Shown here: piece after piece, positions 27,793 through 41,500 of the stretch | Numbering within the stretch: the stretch's first letter is position 1 | How the letters are laid out: each line of letters opens with the position of its first letter | Origin: the human T2T-CHM13v2.0 reference genome, Homo sapiens | Direction: 5' to 3' (one strand) | DNA length: 64,000 nt | Assembly: GCF_009914755.1 (NCBI RefSeq) | Contig: NC_060926.1 | The notes under the pieces: generated by a model | The model's database searches: none | What the model saw: the letters and a program-made list of their open reading frames with translations, nothing else | What the model was told of the DNA's origin: nothing | Program-made: the position numbers and the translations under genes

Positions 27793-29902
27793 TGTTCTCA
27801 ACCTTCATTGTACTTAGAAAATTCAAATTAAAAGCGCCTAAAACTCAATATAATAATCACATCATCGGTTTTTTTTTTTTTCATCATGCAGCATTTTAAT
27901 TGTTTACTTGATACTGCATTATTGATTATGCTTTGGATGGGGCAGACCACAAGCAGTGGCAGTTAGGAAAATGTGGTTCTCACGTGCACTAGGAACAAGT
28001 ACATTTTTACATGGGAGAGGGTGCCTCTTGTATTTTTTAATTTAGTATGTAGCATGTTGAAATGGATATGTTCTTTACTATGATGTTAAAGTATTTGTGT
28101 ATTAAAAATGAAATTTGGTCTAGATCTTTTGAAGCAGTCCCAGTGAACCCCATCACACAATAAAATTTTAAAACCACCATACCATGCTGTAATGTGTGTG
28201 TACATGTATTTTATAATTATGTTATATAAAGTTAATGAGCAGTCAGATTATAAAAGTAATTTGAGTTTATGTCTTCCATTTCATCTCATTTAAAGTGTTG
28301 TCCTATCCAGATTTGTTTTAACTTTATATTATTAAAAGATCAGGGGGTCATTCCTATGACTGCAGAGAAGGTTAGTTTCAGCATCAGTGATCTATCAATA
28401 TGTAGACAGAATTGTCTCCTAAACGGCAGATTAATAGAATTCTTGACAGTTTTGAAGACCTTAGAAGATTATTCATGGAATTGAAGAGATCTTTTTTTTC
28501 TGATCATTTTATCATTCTAATTTCCTTATTCTATTTGTGGTTCAATGTGGGTTGACACTGTTGAGAATCAGAAAACTATAGTGGAAAACTTTAGAGGAAG
28601 AAATGAATTGATAAATCCTTCTAAAATAGTCATCTCAAGCATGAAGATCATATGTGTTTTAATGGATTAGTATCACCTTTCTATGGGAGAGAAAAGTATT
28701 TCATTTAGCTGTATTGCATTAGCAGTCTTCGAATTTACACAGCTATTTTCTTTTTTGATGTAGGCATATGTCCCTTAAAAAAAAAAGTAGCACATGGTTT
28801 ATGTTTGGGCACTTACCCAAAGACAGGAGAACTTTATAACTCTACCAGTCTTTGTTGTTGTAGTCTGAAGACTTCTTCCATTTTCTGGGTCTTTGGAGAA
28901 GAAAATGTTTTCTCCTTAATTTAATTTATGCAGAATACTCAAAATGTGCAACCATGTATATTTTGATTTCATTGAATGCTGATGTTTTCATTTCAGATTG
29001 GCTTGCCGTAATTTTGTGGCATTGTGTAAATTAGGGGTCATTTGCTAAATAAGATGTTTCCAGTGTTATCTATTTAGAATCATAATTTCAGTGTGTTGGT
29101 TTTGAGCTGTGGTCATTCATTCTTGAAGAGTATAAGGTAAAAAGTGGTCATTTAACTCTTTTTGAATTTAATGTAAATGCTTGTTATTTGGAAGCCTGCC
29201 TTTGGTAGTATTTAGGCTGTTACACAAATAATAAGCCATAGATTTGAAAGAAGTAAAGTTAAAAAAGAAGTTGTGTAGCAAAGAGGTGTTCACTTATCAA
29301 CCCTGAACACAGTATAGGCAGTCCCAGATGGAAATTTGTCCTACTCTGCCCTGTATCTTATTACTGTAATGCTCAGTTCCAAAGTTTTCACATTGTTCCC
29401 TTATTAATTAATTTGTGTTTGTCTTACCTTTGTTGCCATGTCATGAGTTTCTTTAGGTAGCAAATTCATCTTAAAGTTTTTTCCCTTATCTTCCCCACAT
29501 TCTATAACCCATTAATGGGCTGATGGTAGTTAATTTTTAATAACTACCTAGTTGACTGTTTTGTAAATTAAATTACTGCTTAACTCAATGTTTTATAAAT
29601 TAGAATACATTAATTTTTACATATAATATATTCGTTTATGTATTCAAAATATATTTATTGAAATTACAGATTTTGTTGATTAACAGACTAAGTGGTCCTT
29701 GTCTTCATAGAGCTAGTAGCCATCTAGAAGAAAAGCCTATATGGTAGGATAATTTTTTTTTATCTCCCCATCCCTGTAAGTAAATAATGTAAATCAACTC
29801 AGAGCTATCTTGGAAATAATAAATTTACCAGACTTTTTTGCCAGTTAAGTAACTGGTTTCTACTGCTTTTTAGTGAATGAATTACGTGCTAAATGATGGA
29901 AC

Positions 29903-30028
29903 ATTTTTATTTTTAATTTTTTTAGAGTTAGGGGGTCTCAGTATGCTGTCCAGACTGGACTTGAACTCCTGAGCTTAAGTGACTCTCCCGAGTAGCTAGG
30001 ACTACAGTTGCATGCCACTGTGCCTGGC
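29903..30028 (-). mobile_element. FLAM (Alu monomer)
   Basis: Antisense monomer with target-site duplication tgctaaatgatggaac (29887-29902) / tgctaaatgacagaac (30029-30044). Confidence 0.85.
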
Positions 30029-30299
30029 TGCTAAATGACAGAACTTTTTTTATACTGTATAAAAATAGTAAAGTTCTGATTTTGCAGATTTTTAATCATG
30101 TGACTTAATAATGTGTGACTGATTTATCTACAAGTAGTTCTTCCCCACTCAAATTGATGCTATACCCACAATAGAGATACAGTGATACTAGTTGCCTCAG
30201 AGTAGCTAAAGATAATTTTTACAGAATTATTAAAACCAAGATTACTCATAAAATAGAAAGTTGCTTTATAACAACATACAGCAGTGAACTGAAAAATTA

Positions 30300-31800
30300 G
30301 TTAACACTGGAAAGAAATATCAGAATGTTTAACTGTAAAGTGTGTGTTGAATTCTTATTACTTGTGATATAAAGACGGCTTTTAACAACACGGCAATACA
30401 CATTGTAAGCTGGAGCAAGAAGCACCAGAGAAAGAAATCTGAGCAGGTATTTTAATCTCAACATACCATGCAGGAGCATAAGAAGCAATGTTAAACCTGA
30501 GTATTGTTATGTAAGAAACTCATTAACGTTCTGCTGATTGGTGGAAAGAGCACTTATCCTTCTCCCCATTCGGAGGTTAGATTAAGCTCTTGATTTAGTA
30601 GTGAAGGTAACAAAATTTTATCAGAAGTGAAATGATCAAGAAGCTGAAGAACATGTGACACATCACAGAATTGTTTCCCTTGGCCTCCAGAACACATGAG
30701 AACTGCCGTGTTGCTGTCAGTACAAGGTAGAATTTTATTAGATCTAGAAAGCTGTGTTCTTATTCTACCACTGTTGTTGTAGACTGGGGTTGACATCACC
30801 ATTCCGGAGAACTCCAGCTAATGGTAGAAAGGTATCCACTTAAAGGTGGATGTTTGGAAATACTGGTTCTTATGGTGTGGTCTTATTTTCCAGACTCTGG
30901 CTATCCACTTTAAGGACCAAATGCAGCCTCTCAAATGTAGTTAAGCTACCTCTACTAAGAGATTGGGTAACCATAGAATGGCCACTTAGTATTTTAATGC
31001 ACTAAATGTAATTGTGACATGGACTACAATACTTGAGTTGACATTGTCAGTGTGTTCTCTTCCTGTGGTCAAACTAGGCAGACAAATTACAATAAGAAAC
31101 CGATGAATTAATTCTAGAAATAATCATCATAGGACTTGAAGTCCAGTGATCAGTGCATTTATTCCATGAAGTTATACCAACACAAGAAATCATGAGAAAT
31201 TTATTTGGTGAATTTTGAGTTCTTCAATAGACTTCATACAACATACAGGTCAATTTTTATATTGATCTTATAATTTCAATGAGAAAAATTTTCATTTCCA
31301 AGTACTAGGGAAACATTTCTTGGGAAATATCTCAGCTTCTGAAAATGAGCCTTCATCTCTAAAATAATACAAGTAAAAAGATTGAGATAGCATCACTTCA
31401 GGGAGACTTCCCAGCCCTAAAGTGGCATGATCTTTTTCTAATGTTTGCTGTAAATGGATATGTGTAACCCCCATTCCATCCTGCTAAAGCCGATTGTCTT
31501 ATCCGATCTCGAGGTGCAAGGCAACAAATATGACCAAGCAAATGTTTACAGCCTTAATTTGAGATGTGTCAGCATTATGCTGGCTGCACTGGTAAAGAGG
31601 TAGGTCCCTGAAATACCAGCATTAGAGCTCCTAAGGGAACCATCCTAGGGCCACTGTCCCAGGACATGACATTGTCATTAGCAGAATGAGTGTTAAGAAT
31701 AAGTATTCTCTAGTACTTAACACTTGGATAGAGGAATTATTTTATATGTCACTGGTACAAAGAATTCAAAATTGCATAATGTTGAAACTTCTGGAAACAT
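30300..31800 (+). mobile_element. Possible ancient hAT transposase remnant
   Basis: Colinear degenerate motifs MFNCKVCVEF, HFLGNI, D..SIML and HCP-GH-TLSLA; reading them needs frameshifts. See finding. Confidence 0.35.
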
Positions 31801-32315
31801 GCTAAGTTTGTTTTTATAATCAATTCCGAAAGAGGTATATTATAGTAAATTGCAATATATTAGAGAATATTCATCTTTTATTTTGGACGCACATAAAAAG
31901 AAACCCCCATACCTCCTACTTTGTGTAGGGGAACAAACAAGCTATTAGACTTGAAAACTGATAGATCCTCAAATGTGTATAATATCAGAGTTTTGAAAGA
32001 TCTTGGATGTCTTCTAGTCCAAGACTTGCCTGAGGCATATATTTATTATAGTCTTCCCAAATATCATTGATCCAGCCTTCTTAAATATTATCAGTGGTAC
32101 AACTCACTGTCTCTCAGGGAAAATTACTAATTTTTAGATAAATCTCCTAATTAATGATTCCTTCATTAGGTTGAATTGAATTGTGTCTTCACTTACTATA
32201 ATATTATCTGTTAGTAGTTATTGAAACTGGTCGCATTTTTTTCTACAGCCATAAGCTAACTTTTATTTCTTTTTGCAAACATTGTAGCCAATGACATTTT
32301 GTATTTTTCATTTAG

Positions 32316-32522
32316 CTTGTAACACTTCAAGAAGCAAAACTGCTGCTAAACGAAGATGATTACCTTATTAAAGCTGTATATGACTACTGGGTGAGAAAAC
32401 GTAAAAACTGCAGGGGGCCATCCCTCATTCCTCAGATAAAACAAGAGAAAAGAGATGGCTCTACCAACAATGACCCTTATGTTGCCTTTCGGAGAAGAAC
32501 AGAGAAAATGCAAACTCGAAAG
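32316..32522 (+). CDS. EPC2: EPC2 coding exon (probably exon 4), EPcA domain
   Basis: tttag|ctt ... aag|gtaatg; 207 nt, phase 0/0. LVTLQEAKLLLNEDDYLIKAVYDYWVRKRKNCRGPSLIPQIKQEKRDGSTNNDPYVAFRRRTEKMQTRK, with the EPC signature DPYVAFRRR. Confidence 0.98.
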
Positions 32523-32660
32523 GTAATGTGCAAATTAGGTTTCATTGAAGGTAGCTTAATAGTATTCAAGATCAATCTTTTTTTTTCTAATAACTTGAAT
32601 AATTTTAACATAATGGTAGCTAATGGCATTGATGACTTTCTATAAGAAATCCTACTTTTC

Positions 32661-32709
32661 GTCTGATCCGTGGTCAGACACATTATCCATTGCGCCACTG
32701 GCCCACCAC
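32661..32709 (-). pseudogene. Tailless retropseudogene: 5' half of tRNA-Arg(ACG)
   Basis: Minus strand reads gtggt-GGGCCAGTGGCGCAATGGATAATGTGTCTGACCACGGATCAGAC. This matches the first ~44 nt of tRNA-Arg-ACG as I recall it (GGGCCAGTGGCGCAATGGATAACGCGTCTGACTACGGATCAGAAG). Flanked by perfect 17-bp direct repeats at 32644-32660 and 32710-32726. Confidence 0.9.
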
Positions 32710-33856
32710 AAGAAATCCTACTTTTCAGTAGCTTCTATTGGCCAGTTGTTTACGCTGTTTATCTGCTACCTATGCCTTTTATAAATTTACTGATCATACC
32801 ATTTTATGCTTGCAGTTGAAGTGATAAGAGGAATTTAGTGTCCTTATGCACCTTGGAAGTTTTGATCTCTTCAGTAAACTAAATATTCTATCACAGATCT
32901 CCTGTGTTTGGGAAGCTGATAACTTGAAATACTACTACTATTCCTTGTTGCTCGCTTGAGACTTTACAGTTCCTTGGAAACCATATTGTAGTTCTTCCAA
33001 GTGAAAATGGACCTTGCTGCCTCTGGCTGCTACAAGGTCGTGGGAAGTAGGGAAGGGTTCATTTTCAACCCTCTTCTGCAAACAGTCAGAAGTAAGAGTG
33101 GAATCTTTCTCCTTTTCTGAGTTGTCAGTTGTGTTCGATTTCAAATTGATGAGCTTGTTCCCATCTGGCTTTCAGAAGCAGTATGAAGCAGAATTTTAAG
33201 TAAGAGAAACAGGATCTCATACTGTTAAATGATATGGTATAGAGGAAAGCACTGTTCTGGAGGAGTATTCACTGTCTTCCATTTCTCATAATTAACAGTT
33301 AACACCACACACAGTAGTACCTTCTCTAACATTGCAAAGTATCAGGAACGTATAAATGTAAAATAAGGAATTATAATTGGAGGCAAAGCATTTTCTGTGG
33401 ATTCTCCTAACATTGAAAGCTTGTCCTTGTCAGCTGTTAATATAACAGCTGTGAAGCATGACAGCTGCCAAGGATAGTATATTTTAGGAAAAACTCTCTT
33501 CCTGGTTAATAACCAGAATTTCTATAATTCTTGAGGATGTGATTTTTTTAAACATTAGAGGATGGATTTCCCAAGTGTAGATGACATTCCCTAACCCAGA
33601 CTTGAGTTTTTAATTTGGCATTCTGGTTCTTAGCTAAGGGAATCTACAATATTTTATGAAGATTTGGCACTTTTCTAAGACTGAAACAAGATAAGTTCAT
33701 AAATATATTAAGACTTTATAAATGTGGACTATTGGACATGAGGAAAGAGAGGTTTATCTAAATCATTAAAAAAAAACCCTGAACTATCAATCGCTTTTTG
33801 AAAGCAGTATACAGGCGTGAGAAGTAGGGAAGGGTTCATTTTCAACCCTTAAATAT

Positions 33857-34321
33857 GTCATATATATGTTGCATAACATTTCGGTCACTGACGGGCTGCA
33901 TATATGATGGTGATCCCCTAAAATTATAATACTGTACTTTTACTGTACCTTTTCTATGTTTAGATATGTTAGATACACAAGTACTTACCTTATGTTAGAG
34001 TTGCCTACAGTATTCAGTACAGTAACACACTGTACAGGTTTGTAGCCTAGCAGCAATAGGCTATACCTTCTAGGTTTATGTAAGTACACTGTGACATTTG
34101 TGCAACAAAGAAATTGCCTAACAACACATTTCTCAGATCTTTATTTGTTCGATTATTTCTTTAAGAGACTGGATCTTACTGTATTGCCCAGACTGTTCTT
34201 GAACTCCTGGGCTCAAGCTGTCCTCCCGCCTTGGCCTCCCAAAGTGCTGGGATTACAGGTGTGAGCCACCACATCCAACCTCTCAGATCTTATCTGTGTC
34301 ATTAAGCAATGCATGACTGTA
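33857..34321. mobile_element. Tigger3a/MER7A (Golem) MITE interrupted by a FLAM
   Basis: actgtaccttttctatgtttagatatg, tgtacaggtttgtagcctag; right end gcatgactg followed by TA. Confidence 0.9.
34142..34280 (-). mobile_element. FLAM_C (Alu monomer)
   Basis: Antisense left monomer; perfect 11-bp target-site duplication tctcagatctt (34131-34141 / 34281-34291). Confidence 0.9.
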
Positions 34322-35483
34322 ATTAATTTCAGATATATTGCAAAACAGACCATTAGCAATGCCTTTTGAAGGAAATTATTGGACTTCCTTTAGTGAATGG
34401 GTATGGAATACTTAAGATTAGCAGTATTTATTGGCATATTGACAATATTTTCTGAGTGTTAAAATATGTTTTCTGCTTCTTTTGTTCTAACCATTAGAGA
34501 ATTGCTAGTAACTGATTCTTGTGTTTAGGCATTTCTTCATTTTGTGATCACTAATACAGGTTTTCCTGACACTCTGATTCCTACCCTTTCTCTTGTTTGT
34601 TATTTTTCCATTTTCCTCTGCAAAGAGGTACACTTTCTTTTCTGATGCTCTTTACTTTTTATTCCTTTCTGTTTTCAGTTGTGGGACCAAAGACGATTCC
34701 CTATCATGCTCACCATTGCTAGTTAGAAATGTTTATGTGATTTGAAACGAGAAAAATGGGAAAGCACTCAAATAATGAATACTCCCTAGGTGTTCAGGAG
34801 GTGGCAAGCATTGGGTTATGCAAAAATGAATACAACTAACAAAGGCTCTCTGTTTTCTGTTTGTGCAAAGTCAAAAACACTTGTGTAGTTGATGCAAAGG
34901 GTAAAAGGTCTTCTGAAATATTTGTTTGGCTGTCTGGAATTTAATTTTAAGTCGCTGAACTAATATTTAATTAAGGAGCATGTGAATACTTCAGGGCATT
35001 CTTAAATGAGATAGTCTTAAGGCACCAGCATGTCTTAATGCACTGATTGGGAAATCCTAGATCAGCATATGCATTTAATATATTTAACCACATAGATTCA
35101 ACTCTTAGTGTCTGTGCCTTCTCTCTTCCCTCTGTGAGGCCCAGAAGAAGTAAGATAGTTAAGAGAGGAAATTCCCAGCGTAGTGGTTGTCAGTTCTAGC
35201 TGCTCTACATAACAGTCACCTGTGAATCATCCTTGGTCATGAAAAGATGTACAGTTTATTCTATAGTGTAACCATTTGAGAACCACTTCCCTAGAGATTT
35301 GGCAGCAAGTACAGAACTGTAATATGTAACTGTATTAGGGAGAAAGGAGTTGGCCCTGAGCAGAGACGGTTGTGAGAAGGAGTAAAGGGGGCAAGTGGAT
35401 TTGAATACAGGGAATAGGGCCGTCTTAGAAGAATAGAAAAAATGTCAATATGAACTTGTGGTTTTTAATATTGATATAGTTAG

Positions 35484-35835
<352 letters not shown>

Positions 35836-35944
35836 TTACATACATATTTCCTAGCTCTGTTCACTGAGAGTCTCTAGAAGCAGTGACACCCAGTAGAAAT
35901 GGGCATGTCTAGCATGTAGATCTTGATTTTAAATACTGTTTTTT

Positions 35945-36280
35945 GGCTGGGCATGGAGCCTCAGGCCTGTAATACCAGCACTTTCAGAGACTGAGGCGGG
36001 TGGATCACCTGAGGTCGGGAGTTCAAGACCAGCCTGACCAACGTGGAGAAACCTCATCTCTACTAAAAATACAAAATTAGCTGGATGTGGTGATGTGCAC
36101 CTGTAATCCCAGCTACTCAGGAGGCTGAGGCAGGAGAATTGCTTGAACCCAGGAGAGAAGTTGCAGTGAGCCAAAATTGCGCCATTGCACTCCAGCCTGG
36201 GCAACAAGAGTGAAACTCTATCTCAAAAATAATAAAATAAAATATATAAAATAAAATACTGTATAAAATAAAATAAAATA
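35945..36280 (+). mobile_element. AluSp/Sq with (AAAAT)n tail
   Basis: agcctgaccaacgtggagaaacc and gggcaacaagagtgaaactc. Confidence 0.92.
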
Positions 36281-36749
36281 AATCTGTTTTTCATTAAAGG
36301 GAACCAGGACTCCTTAGGAAAATTATTCCAGGTGTAGGGCTGGAATACAAAGATAAGCCTGGAACACACAGTTTATTATGCCAGAAAATAAGAATATGAT
36401 TGAAGAATGTTGGAGCCATGTCAGAAGGACGCAGGAGCCAGCTTGAAAGGGGACTCCACTGATAAGAGCTGGGAAAGTTTGAGCATCAAAATAGATTATG
36501 AAAGTAATGGATTCTACCCCATAGAGTAACCCATGAGTCCATACTGATGTGGGTGGGTGGGTGGGTGTGGATGGATGAATAGACAGCATTTCCTTACAGT
36601 AGATTTCCAAAGCTGTAAGTGTTGGCAGAATGATGGAATTAGAATTATCACTATTTGGCAACCACCATAATAATGCAGATAATTATTTCAGGCAAAAGTT
36701 AGAACTAATGGATATTAAACTTAAGGGGGGAAGTTTGATGGTAAAATAG

Positions 36750-37121
<372 letters not shown>

Positions 37122-37477
37122 TGACTAGGGCAACCTGGGAGATGCCATCTTAAGCAATCAAAGTTAATATCAGCAGTAATGGGACAAATAGTATCTTCTA
37201 ACTCCTAATATGACATGAGAAGGATACAATACCACTTTTGTGGTAGTTGTACCAAAAATACATAACCTGAATTTAATCGTGGAAAAACATTAATGAAACC
37301 CAAATTGAGGAATATTCTACAACATAGTCTCTAGTCTTTGAAAATGTTAAGATCATAATCACTGAAAGATACAGAAAACAATTGTAAGGAGATTAAATTA
37401 CAGAAGATTAAAGAAACATGACAACCAAATGTGGTTTTTAATATGGAGTCAGATCCTAGACCAGGAAAAAATGTATT

Positions 37478-37797
<320 letters not shown>

Positions 37798-38349
37798 TAA
37801 TAAAAGTTATTATCTTACTGATGTCCTTATAGCAGTAACTATATTTTTTGCTGTAAAGGACATTAGTGGGACAATTGTTGAAATATGAATAAAGTTTATA
37901 TGTATAAAGAAATTAAGTAATAGGATTATATTAATGTTAATTTCCAGACTTTAATAATTGTACTGTGGTTCTATGTGAATATCATTTTTTTTTGAAAATA
38001 TATATTAAAGTATATAGGGATAAAGGGGCATTTTATATCTTCAACTTCTCTTGAAATTTTTCAAAAATAGTACTGCTGATAATTTATAGATGTGTGTGTT
38101 TATATTCATACATACATATATGTATACACATACAGAGAGATAAAGCAAATGTAAAACATTAACCTTTAGAGAATCTGGATGAAGATATATGAGAATTCTT
38201 TATACTGTTTTTGTAACTTTCTTGTAAGACTGAAACTATTTCAAAACAAAAAGGTTTTGTTTTTGTTTTTTATTTGTTTTTTAAAAAAAGGACAAGACTG
38301 GGGAAAGGAAAGTTAGGAACGATAATTATTTGGGCATAAAGAGAACAGA

Positions 38350-38773
<424 letters not shown>

Positions 38774-40170
38774 TCAGCTGCCAGCTGGCATGTAACCTCA
38801 TATTATTATCTGCCTTACAATTCTGTATATCTGTTTTCTGTCTGTCATCCTTACTAGATTCTAAGCCTTTTGAGGGTAAGGGACATGTGCAATACCCTGC
38901 ACAGTGTAGGCACTTTAATAGTTGCTGTCGAAAATATTAATTTTTTTAATTGAAAGGTATTATTGCTGCCTGTTTAAAAAAATGCTTAAACATATGCTTT
39001 AGATTTACCTTTTGTCATAGTAATGAAGAAGAAAAAGATGAATTTTTTAAAATTACACAAAAGGATGACTTATTTTTAATATTCGATGTGGAATACCATA
39101 ATGGGACTTAGTGTAGGTTATTTTTAATATATGACTATTATTTTTCAAATGCAGGAAACTATACACAAAAGAAAAAGAGTATAACTTTGACTTTTTCTCA
39201 ATTGTTATTTTTCTCTTTTATAATCCTCCAATATGAAACCTTTGGTATTCCTTAGGTTCTTTCTAATGTCATTTCAGATTATTAAATCAAGGCATGAATG
39301 ATTGCTTAAGTACAGTTCACTCTGGATGCATAGATTGGAGAGGTGGTAGTGGTCTATTTTTAAACAAATAGTTCCATGCCTAATAGTAAAGTGAGGAATC
39401 TGTGGATGTTTAACAAAATAGTTTATATTAGTAATAATTTTATATGCAAATAGATGCTACTAATTACAACTGAGCCTTTTCTAGTTATGTAGCAGGGCTT
39501 TCACTTTGTATAATAATTAGTTGAAAAGCTAATAAACAGTGTTCTGAAATTCAGTATTTTTGCTAAATCTCTTTTCTACTCAGCAGTGGAGTGTTACATT
39601 TACATTGAAAATTGACAGTCCGATTTCTTGAAATGGTTGTTATCCTACTTTCAGTTTTCTGAGTTTCTGAAGTGAAGCTTTACTGGTCATTGTTCATGTT
39701 CACATAATAGTACAGTGTATCAAACCATCCAGCCCCCAGTTACAGAGCTGGAGATGGATGGATGAATGGATGAGGGGACTCATTTTGACTGTTACCTTGA
39801 TCTGGACAGAACTGTTCCTCTCTGTCATTGGAAAATACTTTCCTACACGCTGAATGGACTACATTTTCTGATAACAGATTTTGTTTCAGGTGGACATTTT
39901 TTGTTTGTTTACATTGAAATTATCTCTTTATGCCATTCTACCTTTTCAACAGCTGGCAACATTTTTTTTCTGAGTGTCGAGAGATACTTGCTTGTACTTA
40001 TATTTTCAGAGTTAAATAGTTATAGGTTATCTTACATAGGTTGCTGTTCAGATTTTTTTTAACATTTTACTTTTATAGGATAAATTCAGGTCTGATAAGA
40101 GTTTATTGAATAAAGCCGGAAATGTAGATAACTGTGTTGTTTATTCTTCTAAAATTATTATTTTTAATAG

Positions 40171-40319
40171 AATCGTAAGAATGATGAAGCCTCTTATGAA
40201 AAGATGTTGAAACTGAGACGAGAATTTAGTAGAGCCATAACAATTTTGGAAATGATTAAGAGAAGAGAGAAAACAAAACGAGAATTATTGCACTTAACCT
40301 TAGAAGTTGTGGAGAAAAG
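40171..40319 (+). CDS. EPC2: EPC2 coding exon (probably exon 5)
   Basis: ttaatag|aat ... aaaag|gtaaca; 149 nt. NRKNDEASYEKMLKLRREFSRAITILEMIKRREKTKRELLHLTLEVVEK(R). Confidence 0.97.
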
Positions 40320-41058
40320 GTAACATTGCTCCTGTTACAACAGTAAAATGACAACTTTACCAAATGATGGGCAAAATGAACCAAAAGATTTTTAGGGGGG
40401 AACAGGTTAAGCTTTATGACAGTTGATATTGATTCTGTAAGAATTTATATTTTTTAAAGATTTGTGGTTACTAGTTTTTATAGATTAAGTTATCAATTTG
40501 GATTGCAGATTTTGGGAGAGTTTTGTGTATACTGTAGATCCTATACTTAATTTTGTTTTGGCAGAATCATTGAATTTTATTTAGTAAAGAACTCTAGTGA
40601 TCATATTGTTTACTTCTCTGTATTAAATTTTCTATTAAATCTGAGGGAAATAAGTATTGATTTTATTTTCTGAGTAGGTAGACATTTTTCGTTTCAACTC
40701 CTTTTAGAAATGTGTGCTCTAATATAGTATATTTTCCTACAAAATTAAATAGACTAAACAAAAACAGAATTTTGTATGATTCCTGGAGTAAGCATTCTAA
40801 ACATTTCCTAGTGCTTGATTATATAATATATGTAAGAAATTTGTTTGCTGTGTACCTTAGGCCTTTTTTAGTTTTTTGGTTTGTTTTGTTTTTACCAAAT
40901 CCCTGTTTCTTTATTCCTGCAAATTTTATCTTTTAAAAGTAATTTGATTGTTAGCCCTTTTTGACTAGGTGACTTCCAATTAATTGAGGTATCACTTATT
41001 TTCCTTCTTTATTGTCAAACTATGCAATGTTTTATTATATTTTTGTTACCTTTTCAAG

Positions 41059-41191
41059 ATACCATTTGGGAGACTATGGTGGTGAAATCCTTAATGAAGT
41101 AAAAATCAGTAGATCAGAAAAAGAGTTATATGCCACTCCAGCAACTCTTCATAATGGAAATCATCACAAAGTTCAAGAATGTAAAACTAAG
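41059..41191 (+). CDS. EPC2: EPC2 coding exon (probably exon 6)
   Basis: ttttcaag|a tac ... aag|gtgaat; 133 nt. (R)YHLGDYGGEILNEVKISRSEKELYATPATLHNGNHHKVQECKTK; phases match both neighbours. Confidence 0.96.
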
Positions 41192-41294
41192 GTGAATATT
41201 GTCTGGGAAGAAGCATGTATGGATGGTAATGTTGATCAGAGGAGTTATTGATTTCTGCAGTTGTCTTAATATGGTTTGAGTAAAGAAAAAGTAA

Positions 41295-41500
41295 TTAACG
41301 TGACTTTAGTTCTTACCATGAGCCAAGCACTTTGCTAGGAGTATTTATATACATACTGACCAATTAATCCTCATAACAACCCTTAGAGATAGTTGTTGCA
41401 TCTGTGTGACTTCTATATAATAGCTAGTAAGTGGCAGATTCAAGGTTTCAGTTCAGGTCTAATAGTCCGTCATGTTCAATATGCTATCTGCCTCCCTAGG
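41295..41500. mobile_element. MIR fragment
   Basis: ccaagcactttgctagg...ttaatcctcataacaaccctt...agctagtaagtggcaga. Confidence 0.65.

Noticed and set aside
32661-32704. Functional tRNA gene
   Set aside because: It lacks the T arm (B box), the 3' acceptor strand and a terminator, so it cannot form a cloverleaf.
32644-33849. Repeat-spacer-repeat patterns as a CRISPR-like array
   Set aside because: Each repeat has only two copies, the context is a eukaryotic intron, and they are explained as a target-site duplication and a templated insertion.
41192-41251. In-frame extension of exon 6 to the downstream g|gtaatg donor
   Set aside because: That donor would be phase 1 against a phase 0 exon 7, and read-through stops at 41249-41251. 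No other support.
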